Below are positions 49,830-63,769 of a stretch of DNA of 64,000 bases, piece by piece. The notes under the pieces are model-generated. The model made no database searches and was not told where the DNA came from. It saw only the letters and a list, made by a program, of their open reading frames with translations. This DNA is from Auanema rhodensis (taxonomy: Eukaryota > Animalia > Nematoda), in NCBI GenBank assembly GCA_964057225.1, contig OZ059897.1:12152001-12216000 (forward strand). The letters run 5' to 3'. The position numbers were made by a program, and so were the translations under genes. Numbering within the stretch: position 1 is the stretch's first letter; the number at the start of each line of letters is the position of its first letter.

Positions 49830-52054
49830 AAGTGTGTATAGATTGAAAACAATATGAATTGAGAAGAAATGACACATTAAGAATAAGATAATCTAAAAGA
49901 CAAGAATTCAAAATATAATTATCATTAGATATAGTAATAATATTATTATTATAAATGAAAATTACATTTTGTATTTATTTTAAAATGTTTTTCTTTATGT
50001 ATGTTTCATTCGCATATCATTCACGTGAATGGACGTGAACTCACCACTCTTTCCCGGTGTAACCATTGTCAAAGATTATTCAGCTTAAGCGGTTGCATAA
50101 GGGATCTAAAATATATTTTAAGTTTTTAATCTGAAAGATTAAAAACTTAAAATCATACCATGAAAATTTTTTTTGTTTAAATTTTTAAACTTTAATTTCA
50201 AACTCTTACAAATAATGTATATTATTATGTTGTACATATATTATACTATGTTCTTATATATATATATATTCACGTCATTCATCAAATCATCATAATTTTG
50301 TTCAATAAATTGGCTTTTAAATAATAGGTCGTGAGAAATCAAAAATCCCTATTACATCAATTTCTCATCTTTTTTTTGGTTGTAAACGTTTATTATTTAT
50401 CAAATAATACATTAAGCTGAAGTTTCTGTTCCAAAAATGGTTTTTGGATCTGACCAAAAAAAAAAGATGACGGAGAAAAGGTCAATGTTAGAACATCATA
50501 ATTAGCTATTCTTATTCCTCGATTAATATTCAGGTTTAAAGTCTTGTATACTGAATGATAGGAACTATAATTAAATGAGATAATTACATGTTACTGATAC
50601 TGATACCACCTATTTCCATATATTATATCTGTGTTCGTTGTCAACAAAAATAAAAAAAAGTATATATATATATATATAAATATATATTTATATTTATATC
50701 TAAACCATTCTGTTTACACCCGAATAAGAAATGGAAGATATAAATATGTATTTTAATATGTATATATGTATGTATTTTACTGATTTTGAATGAGAGATAG
50801 TAGTACGAGAATTTGCATTTCATTCAAGAAATTCAAAGTAAATTTTCCTGTCCAGTGAGCTTAGGATAAAGTAAGTTTGCACGTGATAGTGCTTTTAGAA
50901 CCATAACAGGAACTTCAATTTTGTATTATTTTCTTGAATAACATATGTAAATGTATATTTTCTTCATGTGTTCATACTTACAACTTGTTCAAAATTAAAA
51001 ACAAATAATTAAACCATTTGCATGCTTCGAAATATTGATACAGTATACTCATATAATCTATAAATTTTTATAAAAAAAATAATGAAAATCATATACACTT
51101 TCAAGAATAGATTGAAAAAATAAAAAAATACAATTAAAGAGAGATAAAGAGAGAAAGTTAAGAAAACATCTAAATAGAAGGAAAAAAATGAAGTTGAGTC
51201 ATCAAGGCTTTATAAAGTATATAGAGTTCATATTACGACATGAGACGAATATTATGGACTTTCAACCTGTAAATTCAGCCGGGAATGTGTATCTTGGTGT
51301 ACTAAGACCGAGTGGATTTTTCTTAAATTTTAATACATTTTGAACAAACAGAGAAACATGAAATATCATTTGTGGAAACGTTTTTTTCTAATATTTTCAA
51401 AGAAATTTATGATTAGATATTGAATACTTTTAAAATAGAAATTTATGAAAAATTCAGAGTGACAGAGATTTAAAAAGGTAGTAGAGCTGTATGAGAGCAA
51501 GAAAAAGAGAGAGAAAGCAAGAGAGAGAGAGAGAGAGGGAGGGAGATAGAAAATGAGAATTAGAGAGAGAGAGGGTTTAGAAAAGAAAAAACACGGTAAA
51601 AAAAGAATTTTTAGGGGAAACTCAGTGATTTTGATTTTGTTAAACATCAACGAATGACGTGGAGCGATAATAAATCTGAAGATGAATGTATGTATATGAA
51701 GGTTATGATTCATGGATATAAAATCTACGATCTACACATAACTAGATCGAGTAAAATGTCTAATCTTTGGAAGAGAAAATAGAAAGAGATATTTGAATGT
51801 AAATAACAGTAACAATATTCATTATTAAATTAATCAACTGCTTATGCTTAATTAGAGGTCAGAAACATGTAATCTATAATAGCTACCATTCAATTCATTG
51901 TCAGATTTGTTTCAGTTGGTCCGTGTATTTTCTTAAGAGATTTTTGCAAGTAAAAAGAGCAGCCTATGACCAGGAAGGTGGTGACCAACCACTAATCACG
52001 TTGTTAACGTGGTAACCGTTGAAGAGAGTTTGATAACATCTATATCAAACGTCT

Positions 52055-55000
52055 TCACACGAAAAGGCTATTTTCTAGCCGTCGAGAATGACGTTTAGGT
52101 GGTAATATTCCAGCGAAGCTGTTAAATTCCAGGTTCACACTTCGTAAAGATTCAATGCAGGAACATGTGCCTAAAACAGGAAAATTGAGTATCATTCAAA
52201 GTAGTTTTATAACGTACCAATGTCCGACTCATCATTGCTGTTATCGGCTGGTGTCCAGGAATAGATTACTGCGCCGTTGACATCCATGCAGAATTCACGA
52301 CAATCATCAGATTTGCAATTATCCTTAGATGCCAATTCTGGTCCCGTAACGACGTGATCACGGAATCTGTCACGAATTTCATCATCTGAAAACAGAAAAT
52401 ATTGAATATATTTTTAGTATAAAACGTATAGTTCAAGAAGTTCTTTTTTATCCTAAAACACAGTAAATTTCAAAGTTGGAACTGCTATGCTATTAGGCCT
52501 GATGAGCCCCCGAACAGCTTTCAACTTTGACTGAGCTATCGTTTCCAGCAATCCACCCTAATGTTTTTATCATTCTCTATTTATGACTTTTGTTCTCACT
52601 TCCTGTTAAATCTTGTATCTATTTGAATATCAGAATGCTTTAAAAAGCCATTTAAAGGCCATTCCCCCCAGATGGGCACTGTGCTTTCAATCTCATTATG
52701 TCTTTTACTCATGTTCTAACTTTGTTCTAATTTTTTTCTTCTCATTTTATAATCATATCCCATCTCATGAATAGAGAGAATGAGGGAGGACGATAACTTG
52801 CATAAAGAAGAAGAAATAAAAATAAGCGAGGATTTAACCGGTTCAGCTGTTTCATACTGGTCAAGATATTCTTTTTAAGAGTTTCAACTGTTTTCATTCC
52901 AATGCATAGCTAATTGAAGCCGAATGACGTAAATCCGTATGCTAGTTATGACGTCAAACAGCCCGAAAGAGACAAGATTTGACATCAGAATTAGCCATTA
53001 ACATATTGGAAATTGTATAAATTTTGGATGAAGAAAAGAGACTCACACTCACTTTCGTCAAGACAGAAACCGAGGAAGGTGTCCTGTTTCTTGGTGAGCC
53101 CTCCAGAAAGCGAACGAGACTTCAGATAGCAGACCTAAAAGTTTTCATTTCAAAGATCGTGCATGGATCAACGCTTTTTGAACTTCAAATAATTTGGAGT
53201 GTGTATGACACAGAGCGAAAATTCAAAGAAATATATTATTATAGGATCAAGAAAAACATACAGAGCCGTCATCGGAGAATTCATATGCCAAGCACGATGG
53301 ATCATCACGACATTCTAATGCACATCTATAAAAAATAATACAACTAAATCCAGATTAAGAATAAACTTTTTATAAATTTTTGTCTTTTATTATCATTTCT
53401 ATTCGAATTCAAATTTAGATTTAGATCTTTCCCAAAATCAACAACGTCATTTTGATCTTAATCATATAAATTTTCTTGAATGAGAAGCATTGAGTTCAAA
53501 AAAAGAAGATAAAAATAGTTTTTCATTCTGTGCAAATTTCATCAAAATTTATAATTTACATATAACATTTAATTTTATACAAATAATTTATAAAAAATAA
53601 TAATTAAAACTGACTCTTTATGTGTTAGTTCTCGAATTCTACGATAATTTCCTCCATCTATACTCAAACCCTTTTGTAAGATGAAACAGCGGCCACCTGA
53701 AATCAATTATAATTTTCTCATAAATCTTCTTACAAATACAAATAAAATTTGGTTTTTGTTCTTAAATCAACTTTTCTGATTAAAATTTAATCTTTTAGCT
53801 TTATATATATATGTAATTTGGGTCATAACGAATAAAAGAAGATAGAGTAGGTTATTAAAAGACAAAAATCATAGAATTGATCTCAATAGTGTTTATAAAT
53901 TAAAAACGTGACTTATCAATATCAAAAAACTTTTTGATATTAAGTAATTCCAGCTTATAAAAATTACGTAGATGAGTGTGACGTATTATGCATTATTAAA
54001 AGATTTTGAAGAAAATATAATAGATTATATCTCAAAATATAAAATAATTATATATAATTCTATTTATCTATTATATTATTAAATTAAAATATATCTTCAT
54101 GTATTTATCCATCTAACCAGGAAAAACTTTAATTTCAACTTTGATTTCTTTCTTTTTTTTTTTTGAATTTTGTTTCCAAATTTGCAACTAATCCACATGA
54201 AGGAACTGTGCATATTATCACCTATTTTGTGGATTATCAATCAAACTAACAAATAATTTTTTTGTGATAAATAAAGATTTGTTGCCATTGTGTTGTTTTT
54301 TCACAAAGAAATTGTACAAATAGCTGGAAAAGCATACGCTAGACTGGCAATCACATTACGATGACCTCATGAATGAACTCTCCTGAAGTCATGAGATGTA
54401 GCTTTGACGGCAACGGCAATGACGTTGAATATCTTCCGCTTAACTTCACTCGTGGGTGTTGTATGTTTTAAATTCTATCAATCTATTCAGTCATATTTCT
54501 GGAGTACTCGTCATCATCTCTCTGCCTCACTCAGCAAGATGTTCAAACGAAAAATAGAGAATTGAGATTAATTTCAATATATCCGAACTAGGAAATTCTT
54601 ACCATTTAAAATGTAAAGGTTAAAGGAATTATTGGAGCATGTTTCTTATCGTTTATGTGCAAATTGTATAAAGTTTAATCTTATATGGTTATGATGTTTT
54701 AAAAAGTTTGCCAATTGTAAGATTAAAAATAATAATTAATAGATGATAATGTATTGAATTCATTAAAACAGTACGTTTTTCACTTAGGAGGTCATTGGTA
54801 TAGCTTAGAAAACTTATTTTTCTCTTTTTTTTTGCATATTAAATTAAGCCACAAGGATACAGTTTTTTTTAATAAATTTTTCATATTATTTGATAAATAA
54901 TTAACATTAGAAATTGGTTTACGCAGATACTATACTATTGTGAAGCATGTATCATATACGATGTACATGTGAAGCCGAGCTAATCGTGTACAGGTTTCAC

Positions 55001-55764
55001 ATTATATTTTCGTAAAAATAATCAAAATATAACATCATAGTATAAATATAAAAAGAAATGAATATTGTTTTGATTATACTATGTATAGAATCTATGTTGA
55101 TGATTATTTGATTATTTGTAGTCTTGTTGTCAAGACAAACTAGTATTAGTCTCAAAATGAAATCTATTATTATCAAATATAATGACGTTTAATTATAAAA
55201 AAAATTAAAAGAATTAAAGTTAACAAAAAAAAATTGGATTAGTAAAATTCTGTAAAAAGGGCAAAAACAAGGTCTTCATCAACTTGTTGTTAAACGGAAC
55301 ATTTTTCCAGCGAAAACTTCAGTTTGAAAATTTGAAAAAAAAAATTTTTTATTTATGATTAGCATCACGAGCGGCTTTTTTTTTGAAGAATTTTCTATAA
55401 AAATTTAAAGACTTGTATGGATTTGTATAAAATTGGAATAGCAAATAGAGGTAAAGGAAAAATTCTTTTGATCTTTTATGTTAGAAATATCAAGCAATTG
55501 ATGTTATAGTAGAAGCTAGGAAGATTTAAGAATATTCATGTTTTTTTAAAGTTAATTTAAAGAAAAAATATCTATTCTTTAAGTAAACGTACCATTCGCT
55601 ATAGAGGGAGCTACAAGTGACATAAAGATCAGCAGAGGATAAACGACTCGAGCTGTTGAGTGAACAGAATTCGAATAAGGATTATTAACTGTAGGAATGA
55701 TAACGGAAGAACTGATACGACCCAATAGAGGATTCATTGTAGATGATAGACTATCAGAGTTCAT
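52055..55764 (-). CDS. Secreted or signal-anchored protein with two PAN/Apple-like domains, 6 coding exons
   Basis: Spliced: MNSDSL...VVYPLLIFMSLVAPSIANG-GRCFILQKGLSIDGGNYRRIRELTHKE-CALECRDDPSCLAYEFSDDGS-VCYLKSRS...GFCLDE-NDEIRDRFRDHVVTG...DDCREFCMDV...YSW...G-TCSCIESL...FAGILPPKRHSRRLENSLFV*. The C..C....C.AY.F....C.LK pattern is the PAN signature. All intron phases match. Confidence 0.85.
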
Positions 55765-56141
55765 TTAATGAATTAAAGCTTACAAACAAATTCCTGAAAG
55801 AATATAATTTTAAAAGATATAATTAGTGAATGAAAGAAGAAAAATTTGAAAAAGAACGAAGAAGAGAAATGGTCAAATTAATGCATCCTAATACTTTTTT
55901 GTAAAATAAAAAAGGATGAATCATATAAATTTATTAGTATAAGAAGGAATCTCTCTCTATATCCCTCTCTGTCTCTGCTATATAGTACTATACTATATTA
56001 GTTATCTAAGGAAATGTATGAGATTATTCGATAAAACTCTATAAAAATCTGAATATTTCGAAGGAAAATTGACGATTTCTTTAATAAAAATGAAAAGAAT
56101 TGTAAGAAATCAAAAGATAGGAGATAGGAGATAGACCTCAC

Positions 56142-56222
56142 CGAATGGTGTCTGTTCAAACTGGGTGATGTATCTGAAGAGTGAAGAAAAGAAGGCGGAG
56201 CTGTGAGCAAGGAGGGGCGTGG
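56142..56222 (-). promoter_or_regulatory. Candidate non-coding first exon and GC box of the PAN gene
   Basis: A donor G|GTGAGG at 56142/56141 pairs with the acceptor TTTCAG ending at 55794. An Sp/KLF-like GGGGCGTGG is at 56214-56222. Confidence 0.35.
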
Positions 56223-57300
56223 TTAAACGACCACACACATACTTCCTTCAAATTGTAGAATACTACGTAACAGTTTTTAAGCGTTAACAACTACTTTAAA
56301 CCTTATTTAGAGATCAAATAAGATTTTTAATAAATATTATCGGAGAAAAGTTTAAAAAGACAAATGTCATTTTATGTGAAATTTAAATAATATATTCTCT
56401 AAATATTAAATGAAATCTTTAAAAGCTTAGTCTTTCATCTATTTGAAATTTGAGAATTATTTGATAAAAACTTAAACTCTATCATTAGAGTGTGAATGTT
56501 TCTAATGAAGAAGAAGGAAGTATTACGCATTCTAAGTATTTCCAGGCAAATATGTCAAAAACAAGAGTTCACTTGAAGTTGAAGCTTAACTAAATTGAGT
56601 AAAACGAAACTTTGTTATATCATACAATAGAAATAGAAGTATATATATATATTTTTGTTTTAATAAGAATATATACATATAATACTATTTAAATAACTTT
56701 TCTTGGTTTTCAAAAATACGAAGCTATACTGTTTTGATCATTATTTAGGGAGCTGATAATGATATTGAATGAGCTTTTCATTCATAAGATGATATATGAC
56801 TTATGAAATGCATATAGTTGGTTTCAGTTCAAATTGAATTGAAAATCGCTTTGATACATAGATTATCATACCTCATATTTCGTTTGAATCGGATTTATGA
56901 TGAGGAACCATGTTTGCAAGCTATCAAGCTGATTGATTCAGAATAAAAAAAGTCAAACATTACTTATACTAAGTCTCAAAAAATACTATTTATTTTATGA
57001 AAGTATTCATATATTATATGAAAATTCTATTAGATCTATTTGTTTTCTTCGTTATTTATATATGATATATAATAAATTAATTTGATAATGCCGTTTATTC
57101 TAAAATAAAGTTCCTTTTTCATGAATTGAGATTTAAGAGAACACTTTCTCAAAGCTCAACAATCATACTTTACCATATAATGCATATATACATACAAGGA
57201 ACACTTTTTTTTTCTCTAGAAACTAGTATAAAATATATTTGATTGATTGAAATTTCATTAGATAGCTTTAAGTATACTCAAAATGCGTAAGAACTTCATT

Positions 57301-58110
57301 GCTTCCTGCTTTCATCTATTCTTCCTTGTCTATGCAGATGACAAGTTAGTCTGACGACGACAGGAATTGAGGAGAGAAGCCAAAAATAGCCAAAGGCGAG
57401 ACAGGGGTAATGAACGAAAATCTGTAAAGTTTAAAAGAAGGAAGTGCTTGGTAACAAGAGGACGGAAGACTGATGCAAATGGGAAAGTCGCCTTCCGGAC
57501 TATATGAAGTTCTCTTCGTATTACTCTGCAAGACTTGCAACTTTTCCTAATCAACATTTTGCAACAATGTTTGCTTAGTATTTAACCATCTGAGTATGCT
57601 AGGGTATCATTAGGAGATTCGAACGGAAAAAATGTTTAGATATTTATGTTTATACGATGATCTGCTCATCGGTTCAATTAATTATTTAAATTTTCCCGAC
57701 ATCAAAAATCTTTGTAATATCTAATGATGATGTTGATGAGTACGATGATTGCTTGCTGCTGAAGTTCTGATATGTATTCATAACCTCCACTGGAAGTATA
57801 TGACGTCAATTTCGGATGAATAAGTATTGAAAATTATTATAACGTCATTCTTCCTTATACGTTGTCCTCTATATCTGGACCATATGGGTCAAATGGATGT
57901 GTATCGAAATATAAAGTAATTCTTAGAGTAAATATATAAAAAGTATATGCATAAGTTTATTTAGAGCAAAATGGAAAAGAGGGAGAAAGAGAGAAAGAGA
58001 GAGGGTGGAGAAAAAGAAGGGTGAAATAGGGAGAGAAGGTGGAAGAATATAAGAAGCTACCGTAATCTAGACGTCTTCCGGACCACTAGATGGCCATGAA
58101 GTTTCCGGCT
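57301..58110 (+). mobile_element. Decayed RTE-clade LINE, from the RT catalytic motif to the C-terminus
   Basis: Intact LVYADDKLV with YADD at 57331-57342, then ANGKVAFRTI*SSL...LQLFLINILQQCL (cf. GW.AF..I...L / LF...+LP.L), ERKKCLDI, LDHMGQMD and TTRWP in the expected order. Confidence 0.5.
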
Positions 58111-61100
58111 GCTCGAGCACATGTAATCTCAGTGGAACCAGATGCATTCTATGTTTCTATTCGTCTATCCCCCCTTCATATTCTTTCAATAATGTGAATC
58201 AGAATTTACAAAGAAAATCTGTGTTAGTGGCAGTAGGTGTATGAGCAAGTGATGAACAATTATTCAGTCAAGTTATACGAACCAATTTTCAGTTTTTCAA
58301 GACTTTTGATCCATCATTGCACGTGCGACGTGCTCATTGTTATAATACAATATGAAATAATTTAATGAATTTATACATAAGATTACTGTAATTCAAAAAA
58401 TTTGTTTAAAAAAAGCAACAACGTCAGCAAACAGGTTCGGATACATTTTTTTTTAAATTTTGAAATATTGTCAAGTTTCAAATATATTTATGTGTATTTA
58501 TAAATACATATTTATAAATATAAATAGCTTTGAATATATAAACACTGTAAGCAAGAACGTTGACGTATACTATAATATTAGAGACAATCCAACACAAAAA
58601 AGCTGTTGAAACAACAAATAAAGTATTTTGGATTAATTGCATAAGTTTATAATCATATTTGGAATATGCGTATAACAATATCAATGGATTCACATCAACA
58701 TCATCTAAATAAATAAATAAATAAACATATTTATAAATATGTCTATACGTATAATACACATATATTTTTTGTTAAAATGAAATAAAAATATTGGAGAAGA
58801 GGAGAGACGACGAGAGAAATATATTGCGAAATAATAAATCTTCACACGATTTAGTAAATGCTCATGATAATCTTATGAATCTTTTTATCATATTACTCAA
58901 TTGAATATTATTTTAATTTATTTTGAATATTTTGCTAAAAATGTAGTTCAAAAATGTCTAATATTAGTTTTTGTGCAAAAAAATGTATCTATGACAAATG
59001 AAAGATGTGGTCATTGATATGTAGCTAATGATTTTGCAATATTTGAAAAAGAAACAGTTTGTTGCCATGTTTGTTACAAATAGTAAATAGCCCTAGGTAT
59101 TATACATTTCACAGAAAAATTTTTCTTTTTTTGTTTTAGAAAAACAATTCTTAAAATTTTTGAATTTTTTTTATTGAAAACATGATTTTTATATGAATTT
59201 CAGTCGGCTTCTGTTGCAATAATATAGAAATTATATGTGGGATCAAGAATAAGCTGACAACCAAATTTTCTAAATCTGCTTCTGAATATCTTAAGAAAAT
59301 TTATTATTGTCTCTCTAACTGACTCAGCTAATGATACATTAGCCTATTTTGAGATAAAGCAAATTTCCAAACAAACAATCAGATTTTTTTTTTTGGAAAT
59401 ATATAAAGATTTAATTAATATATAGTTTATATAGTTAAGATTCACACGTCATATAGGAAGCAAAATAGTAATGCTCAAGAGAAAGTTTTAATTTTTTTTT
59501 AGTTTGAATGATCAAAATTCTTCTTCAGATTCCCTATTATCAAATATTCTTGAAAGAATTTTGCATTTAAATATTCATATGTCAGCGAAAAAAAAAATTA
59601 TATTTTCAAGGTTGATTATTCAGGGAGTTCCTTAGAGATTATGATATTTGAAGTTAATTATTCTTAATTAATAATACATATGAGAATTAAAACTTCAATT
59701 GAGATGTTTAAAATAAGAAATATAATTAACATTTTGAAATGTGATAATGAATGTAAAATTGTTCAAAATATTAATATTATATGATATACATATATGTATA
59801 TATATATATATATATATACACACTGTTTTAATTATTAAATTAAATAGTGTTTGGTTTATAATATATAAGATGGTAATGAACACCCTAGGCGAATATCAAA
59901 ATTTACTTCCTGTTAAATATGATTTAATGAGCATATCTTAAAAATTGCAATGTTCACGTACAAATGGCAAACTATTAGCATATTACTCACGTGAGATTAT
60001 GCAAACTAACATGTGCTATTATCCTATTTATAACTATATATAGTTAGTTATAACTATATACATATAGTTTTAATTTATTTCATAATCATTAATATATCAT
60101 TTTAATTTAATTTATGTACTGTTGATTTATATATTATTATAGAACGTAATATTCATATAATCAGACTATACCATGAATGATGTTTTGTTCAATTTCTATT
60201 TTCAATATATAACTTACAATCATTCTATATATGCAAATCTTTGTTAACCATAAATACTATGTAACGGATTAATAGATCAAAAAATAAAATAAAAGAATGA
60301 AGCATTGATTTTTTGATTTTATATAATTTAAATGATTAGTTTAATATAATAAAGAACATAAATATATATATATATATATAGTAAAAACAAAAAATATATA
60401 TATACATATCTATAATTTTCTTAGCAACAACAACAATAACCTATAACAATTGGTTAATGGACTTTGAATATTAACCTATGCATTTTTACAAAAACAGTTT
60501 CAAGTACAACAAAAATGGTATAAGAAATATATAATTTTGGGATTGAAACAAAATATTCTCAACTTTAGTTTATAGCTTTTTTTCAACAAAAAAAATGTAC
60601 TAAAGGATTATTGTTCAAACCTTGAGAGTGAATAAAAAAAATATTTTATAAAATTGAAATATTCAAAATTAACTGTTCAATGAGAAAGAGCATATTAATA
60701 TCTGAGTCTTCGCAAATAATTTATTTTGTAAATTTTTATTGGACATAAGCCAGAACACATAAACTTAATATGTGCTTCGAGCATTTCATTTTAGTTTTTG
60801 CCCCTTTTTTTGGGAAAACATGAAGAGTCACAATAAAAGGATAATGAATGAAGCATAAGCTAAATCTCTAACGCCTACTCACTCTCAACTTGAATTTGCA
60901 AATTTAGAAAACACAGGGTACTTTGAATCGGTAAGTATGCCATCATATATCTCATGACAAAATTTCATTTTGATTTGACTTCCATATATATAATGTAAAA
61001 AGCTTTGTAATAAAATAATTTATAATTATAATTATAATTTACTTTAAAAATGTCCTTATTTAAGTTTACCACTAAATCTTGTCCTTCTGTATCAAAAGAA

Positions 61101-61949
61101 ATATGCATATTTTGAAATTACAAAGCTGGTCATGATGCCGTAAAACATATTTCTACTTCTATTTTTAACCATTTCCGACAATGTAATAGTAATAAAAAAT
61201 TTTGAACTTAAAACTGAAAATACATAATTCATCATGATAATAAAAATGATTCGAAGCAACTTGATGATAACTGTGAATAGACTGAATAGATATTATGCAA
61301 ATATCTAATAATAATAATGAAAAGTTCATTAAATATATATTTTCTGTAAAATATATTTACAAATGCTTTTGTTTTACATATACATGTTGAAAGTTAAATA
61401 ATTTTCGTGTTCTAAGTGCAGAGTAGCAAGTTTTCAAATTAAATTCATGGATATGCAAAGGAAATAAAGTTTTTTTTGTATTCATTTTCTTCTCAAAGTT
61501 ATTATGGGGGTGTAGATTATATACTTGATATATACTTATCAGCATATCAATGACATTCTTTCAAGAATATTCAAATAGTTTTCATAAGAAGAACAAACTT
61601 TTTTTTTTTCATTTAGGTTGATGAATGGAATATATATATAGATATAGATATATATCTTCTCTATTTTATTTGAATGATCATTGACAAATGCAGGTTGTTT
61701 GACTTTAAAAGCTGCTATAACTAGCCAATTGAAAGTTGTGAAAGATCGACTGAATACGGACATAATGACGTCAAGAAAACTTTTTTTCATCTTGCTATTG
61801 AAACTACTGGACGATTATCTCCATCGTTTATTAACAAAGATTCTAGATACAAGGAATTGAATCTTTAGGAAGTGAGAAGAATGTCGGAAATGCAAGACAA
61901 AGATACATTATTAAGAAAGAAAAGAAGGAAGGGAGTAAGATTAAGCGAC

Positions 61950-62011
61950 AGATAAAGAGAGAAAGAGGGAGAGAAAGAGGGAGAGAAAGATAGAGAGAGA
62001 GAGGGAAATAA

Positions 62012-62042
<31 letters not shown>
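61950..62042 (+). repeat. (GA)n / GAGAGAAAGAGG purine repeat
   Basis: Directly visible. Similar tracts occur at about 26540, 29800, 51500 and 57980. Confidence 0.9.
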
Positions 62043-62043
<1 letters not shown>

Positions 62044-63196
62044 AAAAGTAAAGACGTAATATTAAAAAAAAAAGAAAAATGAGAGGGAGATTCAAAAGTG
62101 AATGACTTAACATTATCAAACTTTCATACGCATGAATTTGTTACAAAAACTTGAAAAAAATGACTTCACAGATCAATTGAAACTAATATTAAAAACCTAA
62201 TGAAAGCATTTTTTTAATTTTCAATATATTTGAACAAATCAAATACTCGGACGAAAAGTCAGAAATTGGACATGTATACTCTCCAAGTTCTTCTTTGCCT
62301 CTCTCACTCTATAAACTTCCGGTCTACTGTCCATCAAGCTAAACTGAGATCGCATGACATCACTTTAACAAATAAAGCTATGATCTGAACCTGACGAGAA
62401 TGTTGGGAAAGGAAAAGTATGGAAATAGGCTAGAAGTGATCTAGCTTCAGAGTTTGAAAAAGGCGGAAACGAATCTTCACAACATTCATCATTTTGATTT
62501 AATTCGATCATTCTATGATGGTCAGTGTTAAAAAAAGCTTTCTGAGCTGATTTACTTAAATTTCTTCACACCCACATCCTCCCTCACGTTTTATCATCTC
62601 AAATTATCTCTGTTATACTTCCGGCAAAGGAAAAAAAAAACTTATTTTAGTCTCTAGAGAATCCTAATATTGTCAATTGGTCAAGTTATAGACTCTTTGA
62701 TGACATCATTGTAGCATAATTCTCCATCATCATCGAATATAATATCAAATCGTCTTTGAATCATAATACTAGTTCTAATTTTGGTTGGATGGATTATGAA
62801 CTACGTTGGAACATCCATATAAAATTTAATTTGCCAACTCCCACAACTTTTCGTCTATTTTAGAAAAAAATGGTTTAGTAATATATATATATATATATAC
62901 ATTCAATCAAAAATCACCAGAAGGTCTATTCTAAATAGCTAAACCTACTCATGCAATGAATGGAAGTCATATGCGTTTCCTATTGTTTATAACAAAAAAA
63001 AACGCTGAAAATACTAAAAATATATAACTTTATAGAGCATTAATGACGTATGTAGCTTTAACTATTGCATCATCATAACAAGAATATAGTTAGTCCAAAG
63101 GATTTAAAGAAAAAAAAATGCAAAGCAAGCCAATTGCACGCATGCTAATAATGTCATTGTGAATTATATAATATTCAATAATTTTTAGATTTTAAT

Positions 63197-63769
63197 GTAC
63201 TGTAAGGGGATATGTCTATATTCTATATGAAGCGTCTGCTGTGCTTTCGCAAAGCAGTGAGGCCCAAGCGTTGTCATGCAACAACGCTATTCTTCTGTTT
63301 TTGAGCTCATTTAGAGCTTCAATCACTACACTGAGCCTTCTGAGTTGTTTAGAATAATGTGCTTTATCTATGGTTTTACCGTAAGGTAAGATCTCATAGA
63401 AGAGAACTCCGCTTTCGTTTCAGAAAACGGACTGAAGTGCCTTTTTAGCTGAATTTTACAGCAGATCTGGACTTGGATGATCTTCGAGATCGATCTCGCC
63501 GGTTTTGAAGCTTCTAAACTACTTCTTATCAAAAGTGTCTTTGGCAGAAACTTCTTTATTAAAATTATAAAGAAGAGTGTAGTTCATAGGAGGAATATCT
63601 ATAACGAAAACGAGAAACAAAAAAAAGTTTTTAAAGTTATTTTATATTTTTATAATATTTAAAACTATTTTAATTTTTTAATTTTAATATCTTTTTAAAA
63701 TAATTTTGTAAAATTAGCATAAAATTTTGAATTTTTCAAAAGGTGCAGCGAATCAATGCAACCACCTAA
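63197..63769 (-). mobile_element. Mariner (IS630-Tc1-mariner) transposon remnant, internally deleted, one TIR retained
   Basis: The - strand reads K*FRSFKTGEIDLEDHP [deletion] KKALQSVF*NESGVLFYEILPYGKTIDKAHYSKQLRRL...RRIALLHDNA, then after frameshifts PH and PYS, which are classic mariner motifs. A TA dinucleotide plus TIR-like TTAGGTGGTTGCATTGATTCGCTGCACCTTT starts at 63769. Confidence 0.85.

Noticed and set aside
50010-50080. H2A-like ELTTL-PGVTIVKD
   Set aside because: It needs a frameshift and covers only about 14 residues, so it cannot be distinguished from chance.
14001-54800. Many AGGTCA nuclear-receptor half sites
   Set aside because: The count is about what base composition predicts (roughly 16 per window).
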